A stretch of DNA of 64,000 nt from a virus. Taxonomy: Duplodnaviria; Caudoviricetes. The DNA is taken from IMG/VR virus record IMGVR_UViG_3300028886_003672, positions 2,549-66,548 of that record; one strand, given 5' to 3'. Made by a program: the position numbers and the translations under genes. The notes beneath the pieces were generated by a model that worked only from the letters and a program-made list of their open reading frames with translations, had not been told where the DNA came from and searched no databases. Below, one piece after another: positions 45,909 to 54,383 of this stretch (its first letter is position 1; each line of letters starts with the position of its first letter).

Positions 45909-46220
45909 ATGCGTATACTGTCCCGCGTCTGCGCCGAGTTCCATGACAAAACCGGCGCAGTGCTTTTTACAGTTCATCCTGCCGACCGGTGCGTCTTCCT
46001 GGACGCTCCGGACAGCATCCGGCAGGATCCGCTGTTCCATATGCTGCTGAACGATGGCTCCCTGGAACTTCCGACAACGAGGGAGAAACAGAAGCAGCTG
46101 GAAAACGACCCGATGAAAAAAACCGGAAAGACGGGAAGCGCGAAGGAAGAGCCGGCAGAAACGGCTGAAATGCCCGCGCCGAAGGAAGCGGACGCTTCCG
46201 GCGCGAAGGCGAAGAAATGA
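45909..46220 (+). CDS. phage head-region hypothetical protein
   Basis: Post-capsid position; AP..I..DPLF..L..DGS motif. Confidence 0.6.
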   Translation: MRILSRVCAEFHDKTGAVLFTVHPADRCVFLDAPDSIRQDPLFHMLLNDGSLELPTTREKQKQLENDPMKKTGKTGSAKEEPAETAEMPAPKEADASGAKAKK

Positions 46221-46627
46221 GCGCGTTGACTCCCGAGTCTTTCCTGGCTTTTTATCCCCGGTTCTCCTTCTTTTCCCGGGGCGTTGTCCTGCCCGAGTAC
46301 ATCCGGCAGGCCAACGCCCGATTCGGGGATTTCGGGGAGGACACGGAGGAGGCAAGGCGGCTATTCACGGCGCATCAGCTGACACTGTATGCGGTCGGAA
46401 TGCCGCCCGGGGATGCTGAACCCGCACCGGCGGCGATTGCAGCTGCCGGCCGCGGCGCAACGCAGCAGGTTTCCTCCAAAAAGGTCGGGGAGGTTTCCGT
46501 AACCTATGCGGAGACCTCCCCGGGTGATTCCGTTTCCACCGGACTGGGTGACCTGAAGGAAACCGTGTACGGGCGGCAACTGCTGAGCCTGATCCGGATC
46601 CATGGCTTTGCACGATATATATCATGA
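46217..46627 (+). CDS. DUF4054-family head-tail adaptor
   Basis: FLAFYPRF, LFTAHQLTL, SKKVGEVSVTY, TVYGRQL. Confidence 0.8.
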   Translation: MSALTPESFLAFYPRFSFFSRGVVLPEYIRQANARFGDFGEDTEEARRLFTAHQLTLYAVGMPPGDAEPAPAAIAAAGRGATQQVSSKKVGEVSVTYAETSPGDSVSTGLGDLKETVYGRQLLSLIRIHGFARYIS

Positions 46628-46657
46628 TTGACGTTCATTCTTGCATGATGTTATACT
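46628..46657 (+). promoter_or_regulatory. promoter of the inserted membrane-protein gene
   Basis: TTGACG-18 bp-TATACT with TG extension. Confidence 0.6.
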
Positions 46658-46702
46658 TTCTTCAAAAGACAATAAAATTTCATATTGAAGGGAGTGCTTT
46701 TT

Positions 46703-47260
46703 GTGCAGGAAAAGGTTGCAGCATTTATTAGCAAATATGAGGATGAACAGAAAAAAAAGGAAGCAAAGTACCGTGAAGAAGTAATTTCTGCAGCAGGGCT
46801 TATTTCTGATGAGGCGGATTTCGTGGAAACGACTTTAGCAGATTACAATACATGGCATTATAACAATCCATCAATGTGCAAAATAGAAGACGGTAAGTAT
46901 TATGTTAAAAAAACTATGCCACTAAGTCTCACAGAAGAAGAATTTGCAGCTGTGGAAAATGCTATGCCAAGAGATAAGCTGACTGAAATTAGGGCAAAGA
47001 TTGATGGCATATCCACCGAAAAAGAAGGGAAAAGCTGGGCAGGAGGATTCCTGACGGTTATTGCAGGGATTCTTTGGATTGGAGGATTAATTATCGCGAT
47101 TCTCGGGGCAAATGTAGAAAATGGTTGGCGTACAGAATTCAACTTCGAAATATTTATGTCGATTTTCATTATTTATTTCATAAGCGGTTGCTTTGCGCTA
47201 TGTGCAGCAGAACTGTTCAAGAAGCTTCAAGAAATCATAAATCTCCTGAAAAGGAAATGA
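46703..47260 (+). CDS. inserted AT-rich membrane protein (2 C-terminal TM helices)
   Basis: Hydrophobic segments GFLTVIAGILWIGGLIIAILG and IFMSIFIIYFISGCFAL; composition contrasts with neighbours. Confidence 0.75.
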   Translation: MQEKVAAFISKYEDEQKKKEAKYREEVISAAGLISDEADFVETTLADYNTWHYNNPSMCKIEDGKYYVKKTMPLSLTEEEFAAVENAMPRDKLTEIRAKIDGISTEKEGKSWAGGFLTVIAGILWIGGLIIAILGANVENGWRTEFNFEIFMSIFIIYFISGCFALCAAELFKKLQEIINLLKRK

Positions 47261-47338
47261 TTTTTTCTGCGATTATTATTTCATGAAGCCCCGGAAGCCC
47301 TCGCGCAGCGTCTCCGGGCCCTCAAAAAACTGAAATCC

Positions 47339-47770
47339 ATGAACGTAAAAGTCGGTCTGCCCGCGTCCGCGGGAGACCGGCTTCGTTTCATTCTCGCTGT
47401 GCAGGAGCACGGCTCACCGATGATGCGCATCCCGTCCCGGCCGGTCATCCGGCCCGCGCTGGCGAAGCCGGAGACCCGGTCCGCCATGGCCGCGGAAATG
47501 AAGAAGGTCGTGCAGGCCGCCTGGGAAGGGAACGACGACGCGGCCCGAAGCGCCCTGGAGGCTGCCGGACAGGCCGGCGCGGACGGGATCCGGGCGTATA
47601 TCGACGCCGGGATCCCGCCGCCCAACAGCCCGGCCACGGTAAACGGCGGGTGGATCTATAACCGGGCGGCGAAGAAAGGCGTGTATATCCCCGGAAAGGG
47701 ATTCAACAAGCCCCTGTTCGACACAGGGGCTTTGTATAAAGCGTTTGATTATGAGATTGAGGGCGGGTAA
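47339..47770 (+). CDS. neck/tail-completion protein (true start probably upstream)
   Basis: VKVGLP, AVQEHGSP...IPSRPVIRP, PPNSPATV, KPLFDTG. Confidence 0.75.
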   Translation: MNVKVGLPASAGDRLRFILAVQEHGSPMMRIPSRPVIRPALAKPETRSAMAAEMKKVVQAAWEGNDDAARSALEAAGQAGADGIRAYIDAGIPPPNSPATVNGGWIYNRAAKKGVYIPGKGFNKPLFDTGALYKAFDYEIEGG

Positions 47771-47824
47771 TCAATGACTGCCGGCGGCGGATATTACGTC
47801 GATTAAAGCTGTTGCCGGTTGAAT

Positions 47825-48346
47825 TCAGATATGCTTTTCAAGCAGCACAAGATCAATTCCGGGGATACCGTTAAAATCCGTCGGGACAATCGATATCTCC
47901 TGATATCCAAGCTGGCGGTACATTCTCCGGGCAGCCTGGTTTTTTGCGTTTGTATCGATTCTCAGCTCCGGCCATCCGTGTTCAGCCGCGTACTGTTCAT
48001 AAAAGCGCACAAAGGCTGTTCCGTATCCTTTGCCGGCGGCGTACGGGGAAATGACCAGGGTATGGAGGACGCAGACCTGATCACCAGGCACACTGTGTTT
48101 CCACGGAGCGCTGTGATATACATCGACCTGGATCTGATTGATGAGTGCGGTTCCCAGAATACAGCCGCCGTCCTCCAGGACAAAAAGATCCCCCCGTTCC
48201 AGCGCTTTTTCAGCTGTTTCCCGAACCGGATAGATCTTCCTGATCCATCCGGTTGTACATTTTCCTTCTTCTTCGGCGGTATGGATTTCATCATAAATCC
48301 GGACAACGCTGTTCAGATCTGTCCCGGCTGCTTTTCTGATCGTCAT
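47825..48346 (-). CDS. GNAT acetyltransferase (inserted, antisense)
   Basis: LVISPYAAGKGYG, LRIDTNAKNQAARRMYRQLGY; own TGaTATAAT -10 at 48398-48390. Confidence 0.9.
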   Translation of the reverse strand: MTIRKAAGTDLNSVVRIYDEIHTAEEEGKCTTGWIRKIYPVRETAEKALERGDLFVLEDGGCILGTALINQIQVDVYHSAPWKHSVPGDQVCVLHTLVISPYAAGKGYGTAFVRFYEQYAAEHGWPELRIDTNAKNQAARRMYRQLGYQEISIVPTDFNGIPGIDLVLLEKHI

Positions 48347-48426
48347 AACAGGATCCTGCTTTCTTCCGGGTCGTTTCCCGGTACTTTTGATTATATCAGA
48401 TACCCTCGAAAAGGAGCAGTTTTTTC

Positions 48427-48789
48427 ATGGATATTTCTGCGGTTCTGACAGATCCTGAACTGGGCTTTACCGCCTTCTCCGTGCTGCGGACAACATACCG
48501 CCTGCAGGACGGGATTCCGGTTCCATCGGAGGAGACGCTGCCGGCATCCGGTTGTGTCCATCCCGGGACTCCGGAGATGGTCCAGCTGCTGCCGGAGGAG
48601 GAACGGCATGAGGAGTTCATTTCGGTTTATACTGACTTTGCCCTGAACCTCGGGGAAAACGGCGGGGGAGAAACGTATAGCACGCCGGACCGGATCCTCT
48701 GGAACGGGGAGACCTGGCGAGTGGTACGGGTTCGGGACTGGTCCATGTTCGGGTATCATCAGGGGCTGGCGGTGAAGATGCATGAATGA
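48427..48789 (+). CDS. head-closure/adaptor protein
   Basis: MDISAVLTDPELG..F.V.R, DRILWNGETWRV; synteny. Confidence 0.7.
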   Translation: MDISAVLTDPELGFTAFSVLRTTYRLQDGIPVPSEETLPASGCVHPGTPEMVQLLPEEERHEEFISVYTDFALNLGENGGGETYSTPDRILWNGETWRVVRVRDWSMFGYHQGLAVKMHE

Positions 48790-49324
48790 AACGATCTACC
48801 GGGCACTCTGCGCCTGCTTGGGGCTGCAGTCTTCCTCCATGCAGGCGCCTGTCCTGATCCGCGAAGCGTACCGTGAACCGGAGAACGCGCCCCGGCCGCC
48901 CCGGAGCGCGGATGTGGTTTATTACTCCATTGCGCCGGATCCCGCCGCCCGGGAAGCGCCTCCTGCATATATGGAGGAGAATGCTTTCCGGGATTCCCAT
49001 ATTCCGGCGGTTTCTCTCTTTTCCGCATGGACCCTGACTGTGGTCTGCTACGGTCCGCATGCCCTCAGCAACGCCCGGAAGATCCGGGCCTTCCTGTATG
49101 TGGATGGTCCGGGATTCCCGCGGAGCATATTGCGAAAAGCCGGGATCCGGCCGGTGCCGGACCCGCCGGAACCGATGCTGCTGCATGAGCCGGAAGGATC
49201 CCTCTGGCGGACGCGGGCAGACCTGACGGTCTCCCTGCGTGCGGAGGAAAAGGAAACGCACCCCGTGCAAAGGGGTGCGGTCTCTGTTCCACCTGTGATA
49301 AGTATCAGTACAGATGAGCGTTAG
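48782..49324 (+). CDS. neck/tail terminator protein
   Basis: VVCYGP.A..NA..IR, W..RADLTV; sits before the sheath gene. Confidence 0.65.
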   Translation: MNETIYRALCACLGLQSSSMQAPVLIREAYREPENAPRPPRSADVVYYSIAPDPAAREAPPAYMEENAFRDSHIPAVSLFSAWTLTVVCYGPHALSNARKIRAFLYVDGPGFPRSILRKAGIRPVPDPPEPMLLHEPEGSLWRTRADLTVSLRAEEKETHPVQRGAVSVPPVISISTDER

Positions 49325-49731
49325 GATTTAAGAGCGCCCTTGAAACTTCCACAATTTATACATGCCTTTGATGTGAAAGGGTTAACTTTTCCACAACTTG
49401 GACAGGTCCAGAAATTCTTTGGCTTGACATTGACAATTCGAGCAGGAGCTGGCTTTTCTTTATGCTCGTTTTCAAGCAAGGAACGTATTTGTTGGTTGTC
49501 TTCTACAAGCTGGCCAAATCCATACAGGACAACAGATAAAATCCAGGAAGCAACAGAACCGATGATCATAATAAGAAGGCCTGTGATGAGCGCGGTGGTT
49601 TGCTCAACTGAGCTATAGGAGTTGGAAGCTGCCATCATCAGAATAATACCATAGATTACTGATGCGATGATGCCAACCCAGCATACAACTTTTGCTAGGG
49701 ATTTAATCTTTGCTCCAACGTTATTGAACAT
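49321..49731 (-). CDS. inserted membrane protein with C-terminal zinc ribbon (antisense)
   Basis: NVGAKIKSLA..two TM helices..GFGQLVE; CPSCG...CINCG. Confidence 0.8.
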   Translation of the reverse strand: MFNNVGAKIKSLAKVVCWVGIIASVIYGIILMMAASNSYSSVEQTTALITGLLIMIIGSVASWILSVVLYGFGQLVEDNQQIRSLLENEHKEKPAPARIVNVKPKNFWTCPSCGKVNPFTSKACINCGSFKGALKS

Positions 49732-49829
49732 ACGGGAACCTCCTTATTCGGTTTTGTTGATACAAGCTTTTTCGACAATGATCTTATATTTTCCTTTTTC
49801 AGAATAAAGGCGGAAAGGACAGATTTTTC

Positions 49830-50945
49830 ATGCTTTCCATCAATACCATTGCTCGCGTTTTGGTTAATGTCCAGCGTTCCGCAACGCAGCCAACTTCCTT
49901 TGATACCGGCCTGCTGCTGGTAAAGGATGATTCCTTTGCCGCTTCCAGGCGCCTGAAGTCCTATGCCAGTTCCGCGGAAGCGGCCGCCGGGCTGACCGCG
50001 GACGGCTTTGACGATTCCACGGAAGCATACAAGGCCGCGCAGAAATACTTCGCGGCTTCCCCGGCGCCCGGGCGGCTGCTGGTGTCCTGCTATCCGGCGG
50101 CCGAGAGCCCGGTGCAGGCACTGGACGCCGTGCTGGAAAGGACGCCGGATTTCTACGGTGTTGCCCTGGCGGACGCCCGGACGGACGCGGAACTGCTGGC
50201 GCTGGATACGCACATCGCCGGACTGGAGAAGCCGGCGATGCTGTTCCTGGCGCTGACGGGGACGCCCGCGGAGGTGACGGCGGCCGACAGCTTGCTGGAT
50301 CAACTTCATACCGCCGGCTCCCGGCGGGTGATTGCCGTCTGTGCTTCCGCACTGTCGGACGCGGCGGCGGTGATGGGCACGGCCATGGGCCTGCAGGCGG
50401 CGCATGCCGCTTCCGCCTTCTCCCTGTGCTACAAACCCGTCGGGGGCATGCAGCCGTCCTCCCTGACGCAGGATCAGGCGGACGCCATTCAGGCACTGGG
50501 CGGAAATGTGTATGTGACCCGGGGATATTCCCATATCCTGCTGGAAAAAGGAAGCACCCCGTCGGGCTGGCGCTACGACGAGGTGCTGTACCTGGATATG
50601 ATCGCCGAGGATCTGCAGAACGCGGCGGTCTCCCTGCTGGCGGAGAACCCGGACCGGCTGCCGCAGACGGATGACGCGTCCGCGCAGTTCATGAACGCGT
50701 TCAGTTCAGTGCTGATAGGCTATACGAACCGGGGGATCCTGGCCACGGCCCCATGGAGGGGTTCCGCCGTCGGCTGCTTCTCCGCCGGGGACTATATCGA
50801 GAACGGGTTTGCCCTGTGGGCGGACAGCTACGACAACCAGAGCGAAGCGGACCGGGCGGCACACAGGGCGGTCCCGATCCAGTGCGCACTGACATTGGCG
50901 GGCAGCTTGGAATCCGTTGTGATTACGGTGAACGTGCGGGTATAA
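49830..50945 (+). CDS. contractile tail sheath protein (DUF3383 family)
   Basis: I..VLVNV, YKAAQKYF..SPAP, FSLCYK..GG, YDEVLYLD, PQTD, GSLESV.I.VNV. Confidence 0.88.
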   Translation: MLSINTIARVLVNVQRSATQPTSFDTGLLLVKDDSFAASRRLKSYASSAEAAAGLTADGFDDSTEAYKAAQKYFAASPAPGRLLVSCYPAAESPVQALDAVLERTPDFYGVALADARTDAELLALDTHIAGLEKPAMLFLALTGTPAEVTAADSLLDQLHTAGSRRVIAVCASALSDAAAVMGTAMGLQAAHAASAFSLCYKPVGGMQPSSLTQDQADAIQALGGNVYVTRGYSHILLEKGSTPSGWRYDEVLYLDMIAEDLQNAAVSLLAENPDRLPQTDDASAQFMNAFSSVLIGYTNRGILATAPWRGSAVGCFSAGDYIENGFALWADSYDNQSEADRAAHRAVPIQCALTLAGSLESVVITVNVRV

Positions 50946-50982
50946 GGGAAGTAAATGGCTTTCTACTGTTTGGAACTGAATC

Positions 50983-51291
50983 TCAGCATTTTTCCCTGCA
51001 ATGTTCGGCTATCCATTCATTCAACAATTTTCGCGGGATGAGAATTTTCTTTCCAATGCGAAGCGTTGGAAAATCTGCCCGGTGTATCAGTTGGTAAGCA
51101 GATGTTCGAGAAATGGATAATTCATCAGCTAGATCATTGATGGTAAGCGTCTGCTTTTGAGGTTGCCCTTCGCTGTGCGGGAGAAAGGTTATAACTGGTG
51201 CGCTTTCTTCTTCGGCAAGTCTGTCTGCCAGGTCGAGAAGTTGACGGGCTATAGAGTTAAGTTCCTTTGCTATTTCCTGATTTTTCCCCAT
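50983..51291 (-). CDS. excisionase-type (HTH_17) DNA-binding protein (inserted, antisense)
   Basis: LTINDLADELSISRTSAYQLI...FPTLRIGKKILIPR..L.EW. Confidence 0.8.
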   Translation of the reverse strand: MGKNQEIAKELNSIARQLLDLADRLAEEESAPVITFLPHSEGQPQKQTLTINDLADELSISRTSAYQLIHRADFPTLRIGKKILIPRKLLNEWIAEHCREKC

Positions 51292-51394
51292 GCTTTTGAC
51301 CTCTTTTCAAAAATAAAAAATTTGGTTGTTATTGTAACTCCTGATGGATTTATCTTATCAGGAACAGCCTGATTGAAAAAGGAGATCATGCTTT

Positions 51395-51829
51395 ATGGCG
51401 TATAACGTTTACTCTCTCCCGGACTGCCGGACGGTGCTGTACCATCCGGATGTGGGCACGGCGAACCTGCATCAGTGCGGCCACGGAAAAATCACGGTCT
51501 CCGCGGCGGGGGACCTGACGTCCCATACCATGACCGCGGACGGGTATGTGGTGGTGAACCGGCTGAAGAGTACCAGCGGGACGGTCACCATCGAGGTCCC
51601 GCAGAATTCGGTCGGGGACTGGTTCCTGCGCCGGTGGGCAAGGTGGCAGAAAAACAGTAAGGATCCCTCGCGCATCGCGCTCGGGACCCTGACGATCCAG
51701 GACTCAGCCGGAGGTTTTTCCATTGTCTGCACCGGGGTGACGCTGCAGAAGGTGCCGGACCGGGTGTTTGACCGGACGGCCACCAACCTAGTCTATACCC
51801 TGCTGGCCGCGACGATTGCGGAGCAATGA
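51395..51829 (+). CDS. tail tube protein (DUF3277-like)
   Basis: YNVYSL.D, G.ITVS, SGTVTIEVPQNS, KVPDR.F. Confidence 0.8.
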   Translation: MAYNVYSLPDCRTVLYHPDVGTANLHQCGHGKITVSAAGDLTSHTMTADGYVVVNRLKSTSGTVTIEVPQNSVGDWFLRRWARWQKNSKDPSRIALGTLTIQDSAGGFSIVCTGVTLQKVPDRVFDRTATNLVYTLLAATIAEQ

Positions 51830-51966
51830 AAAGAGGTTCATGATTCTCATGAATTAAGTAAGGGCTTATAATCGTATAGGAAATGCACTTCAATCAGCCA
51901 GATTGAAGCGCATTAATGCGGGGAACATATTTTTTTAGGAAAAGTTAGTTGGCTTACAGCAATTAG

Positions 51967-52794
51967 TCAATTGAACAAACTCGACTTCAGATCGATCCAC
52001 ATGGCTGGCCGAATCATACTATATATACGATCATAGTCTAGCTCAGCCCGGGAACCATCATAATCTACATTCATAGCAGAGTTGTGATATTCTCCAGGAG
52101 AACGGAGCCACCACATTCCTGCTTCTTTATTATCGAGATTTTGATATGGTTCGTATCCATGCCAGGCGTTGTGTTCAATTGCATAATCTGTTGGAGCGCA
52201 CATACGACTAATATTGTTGGCAAAGTACAGATCGTAAGCTTCGTGGTAACTCAATAAAAACAAGTGATCTTCTGTATCATTGCTACTGGTTGCATTATAG
52301 TACATATATCCTTGGATATCTGCATTGCTCACATATGACAATAGAATGGCATTTTTCTCTTTTTCCGTAAAAGCCATATCAAAGAATAATTCGTTAAGCC
52401 ATTTTCTGATCATGCTATCTTCCCAAGTTATGTCTTTTTCTGTAAAGGGATTAAAGGCCATAGCATCTAGACCATACCGGCTGATTAATAAGCTTTTTTC
52501 TCCTTTTGTATCAAGGACTATCCATTCGATCATTTCTTTGCCGTTATCTTCATCAGTGTCTTGTTCATATGAACCGAAGGAAACTATATTTCCTATTTTC
52601 TTGAAAGGAGTTGAGTCGATTTTTTTCTGTGATTCACTATCACGATTAACATTGCGCTTTATTAATTCCGCCTGTATTTTTTCTATTTCTGCTAATAACT
52701 CATCATCAGTCAGCGAAGAGTAATCTACGGCATGTGAAAAAATTGGAATACAAATAATTATACAAACAAGCATGTAAATCAGGGGCTTTTTCAT
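51967..52794 (-). CDS. secreted DUF6273-like protein (inserted, antisense, AT-rich)
   Basis: Signal peptide; FGSYEQD, IEWIVL, SLLISRYGLD, W..S.IRKWLN..F, LFLLS, WWLRSPG, IRPAMWI. Confidence 0.8.
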   Translation of the reverse strand: MKKPLIYMLVCIIICIPIFSHAVDYSSLTDDELLAEIEKIQAELIKRNVNRDSESQKKIDSTPFKKIGNIVSFGSYEQDTDEDNGKEMIEWIVLDTKGEKSLLISRYGLDAMAFNPFTEKDITWEDSMIRKWLNELFFDMAFTEKEKNAILLSYVSNADIQGYMYYNATSSNDTEDHLFLLSYHEAYDLYFANNISRMCAPTDYAIEHNAWHGYEPYQNLDNKEAGMWWLRSPGEYHNSAMNVDYDGSRAELDYDRIYSMIRPAMWIDLKSSLFN

Positions 52795-52880
52795 TAGTAT
52801 TAGTTCCTCCTTCTGATTTGATCACAGTTTACTTTTATTAATTATACCATATCCGAAGAAAAAGATATATGAGGTGCCGT

Positions 52881-53273
52881 ATGCGTGAAATTGAAAAAAC
52901 CATTTCCATCCCCGTGGACGGAAAGCCCTCAGACTTTCGGCTGACGAAGCTGGACGCCTTTTCCGGAGCGTCCTTGCTGCGGATGCTGTCCGGGATGCCG
53001 AAGGATCCTGGGGATGATTCCGTCATGGGTTTCATCACTTCTCTTTCCGAAACGGATCTCCGGTCTCTCATGATCACCTGTCTGCAGCACTGCGAAGTGC
53101 TGCTGCCGGCAGGCTGGATGCCGGTGATGACCCGGGGAGAATGGACATATCCGGAGCTGGAGCATGATACCGCGGTCTGCCTGAAGCTGACGATCGAGGA
53201 GGTGCTCTGGACGCTGGAAGGTTTTTTCGGCGGGGGAGGCTCGACCTCCCTGCCAGAGATCCCGGGTTCGTGA
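52881..53273 (+). CDS. tail assembly chaperone
   Basis: After the tube gene; ends LEGFFGG at a slippery T-run. Confidence 0.75.
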   Translation: MREIEKTISIPVDGKPSDFRLTKLDAFSGASLLRMLSGMPKDPGDDSVMGFITSLSETDLRSLMITCLQHCEVLLPAGWMPVMTRGEWTYPELEHDTAVCLKLTIEEVLWTLEGFFGGGGSTSLPEIPGS

Positions 53274-53452
53274 CGGCGGAATGCCCGAATCTTGACGAAT
53301 TCCTTTTCCTGCCGGTCTCTGCCGGGATGTGGAAGCAGCATGAGCTCTGGGATGGAACCTACACCCTGGACGACCTGCTGGACGCGGCGGAATTAATCCG
53401 TGTGAAGCATGAGAACGAATGGAGAGCGAGGGAGGCGATGAACCACGGCTGA
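53270..53452 (+). CDS. second chaperone segment (DUF6889-like), in the -1 frame of the upstream gene
   Basis: PV.AG...HELWDGTYTLDDLLD..E. Confidence 0.75.
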   Translation: MTAECPNLDEFLFLPVSAGMWKQHELWDGTYTLDDLLDAAELIRVKHENEWRAREAMNHG

Positions 53453-54359
53453 TCAGGAGTTTCTCGCTTCTTTCGGGGTGGAGATCGACGAGTCCGGCCT
53501 GGACAAACTGCAGAAGGCACTGGTACAGAACCGTACGCTGGCGGAGGAGCTGGCTTCCGCTTTCGAAACAGCGCGCAATGCTGTCGGGGAGTTCTTCCGG
53601 CAGCTTTCGGCTTCCACGCTGCCTACCGGGGAACTGAGTCCCTACCAGCGGCTGATGGAGCTCTCCGAAAAGGGGATCTCCTTTTCCATGGACCTGGACG
53701 TTTCCGGGGCGGAGGAGAAGCTGGATGATTATTTTCTGCGGGTACAACAGATGTTCGACACAGCGGTCTTTCCGCTGAACGCGGATGCTTCCGCAGTGCT
53801 GGCTGCCGGGCGGGATGCCCTGGCGCAGCTGCAGGCTTTATATGGTTCCGCCCGGCTGACCGTGAATGCTTCGGTGAACGTACAGGGCGGTTCCGGGCTA
53901 ACCGGGAGCGGAGGCGGCGGAGGAGCGGGATCGGCTTCCCTGATGAAATCCGCCGCGGGCGGCCGGTTTTCCGCCCCTGCGGTGACGGAGATCGCGGAGG
54001 ACGGAGATCCGGAGTATGTGATCCCGGTGAAGAAAGAATCCATCGCGGTCCCGCTGCTGCGGCAGCTGATCGGGGAGCTGTCCGATTCCGCCCGGGAAAC
54101 GTTGCAGGCGGGATTCGCCGGGAAGGAACAGGGCGACGCTCTGTCCGGCCTGCCGGACCTGCTGGCGTCGGCTCCGTCCGCCGCCGCGCCGGTGATCACG
54201 CAGAACACGCATTCCTCCGTGGAGGCTCCGGTGAGCATCCAGGTAACCGCCGCCGGGAGTGACCCGGAAGCGGTGGGAAGGTCGATCTACGATGTGGCGG
54301 AGCAGTACCTGCTCCGGACGCTGAAGGGGGCGCAGGCCCCGGTGGGGCCTGCGTTATAA
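53445..54359 (+). CDS. very short tape-measure-like protein (~304 aa), apparent ACG start
   Basis: (M)ADQEFLASFGVEIDE N-terminal motif; GGRF..P....AEDG.PEYVIP C-terminal motif; GGAGG 9 nt before ACG. Confidence 0.65.
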   Translation, partial: TADQEFLASFGVEIDESGLDKLQKALVQNRTLAEELASAFETARNAVGEFFRQLSASTLPTGELSPYQRLMELSEKGISFSMDLDVSGAEEKLDDYFLRVQQMFDTAVFPLNADASAVLAAGRDALAQLQALYGSARLTVNASVNVQGGSGLTGSGGGGGAGSASLMKSAAGGRFSAPAVTEIAEDGDPEYVIPVKKESIAVPLLRQLIGELSDSARETLQAGFAGKEQGDALSGLPDLLASAPSAAAPVITQNTHSSVEAPVSIQVTAAGSDPEAVGRSIYDVAEQYLLRTLKGAQAPVGPAL

Positions 54360-54383
54360 GTAACAAAAGGGGATTGGCAACAC

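Noticed and set aside
47825-48346. GNAT as a toxin-antitoxin toxin
   Set aside because: No adjacent antitoxin gene; the sequence looks like an ordinary small-molecule acetyltransferase.
46628-52868. Integron-like cassette array explaining the inserted genes
   Set aside because: No shared attC-like or direct-repeat motif was found at the junctions by eye, and there is no tyrosine integrase.
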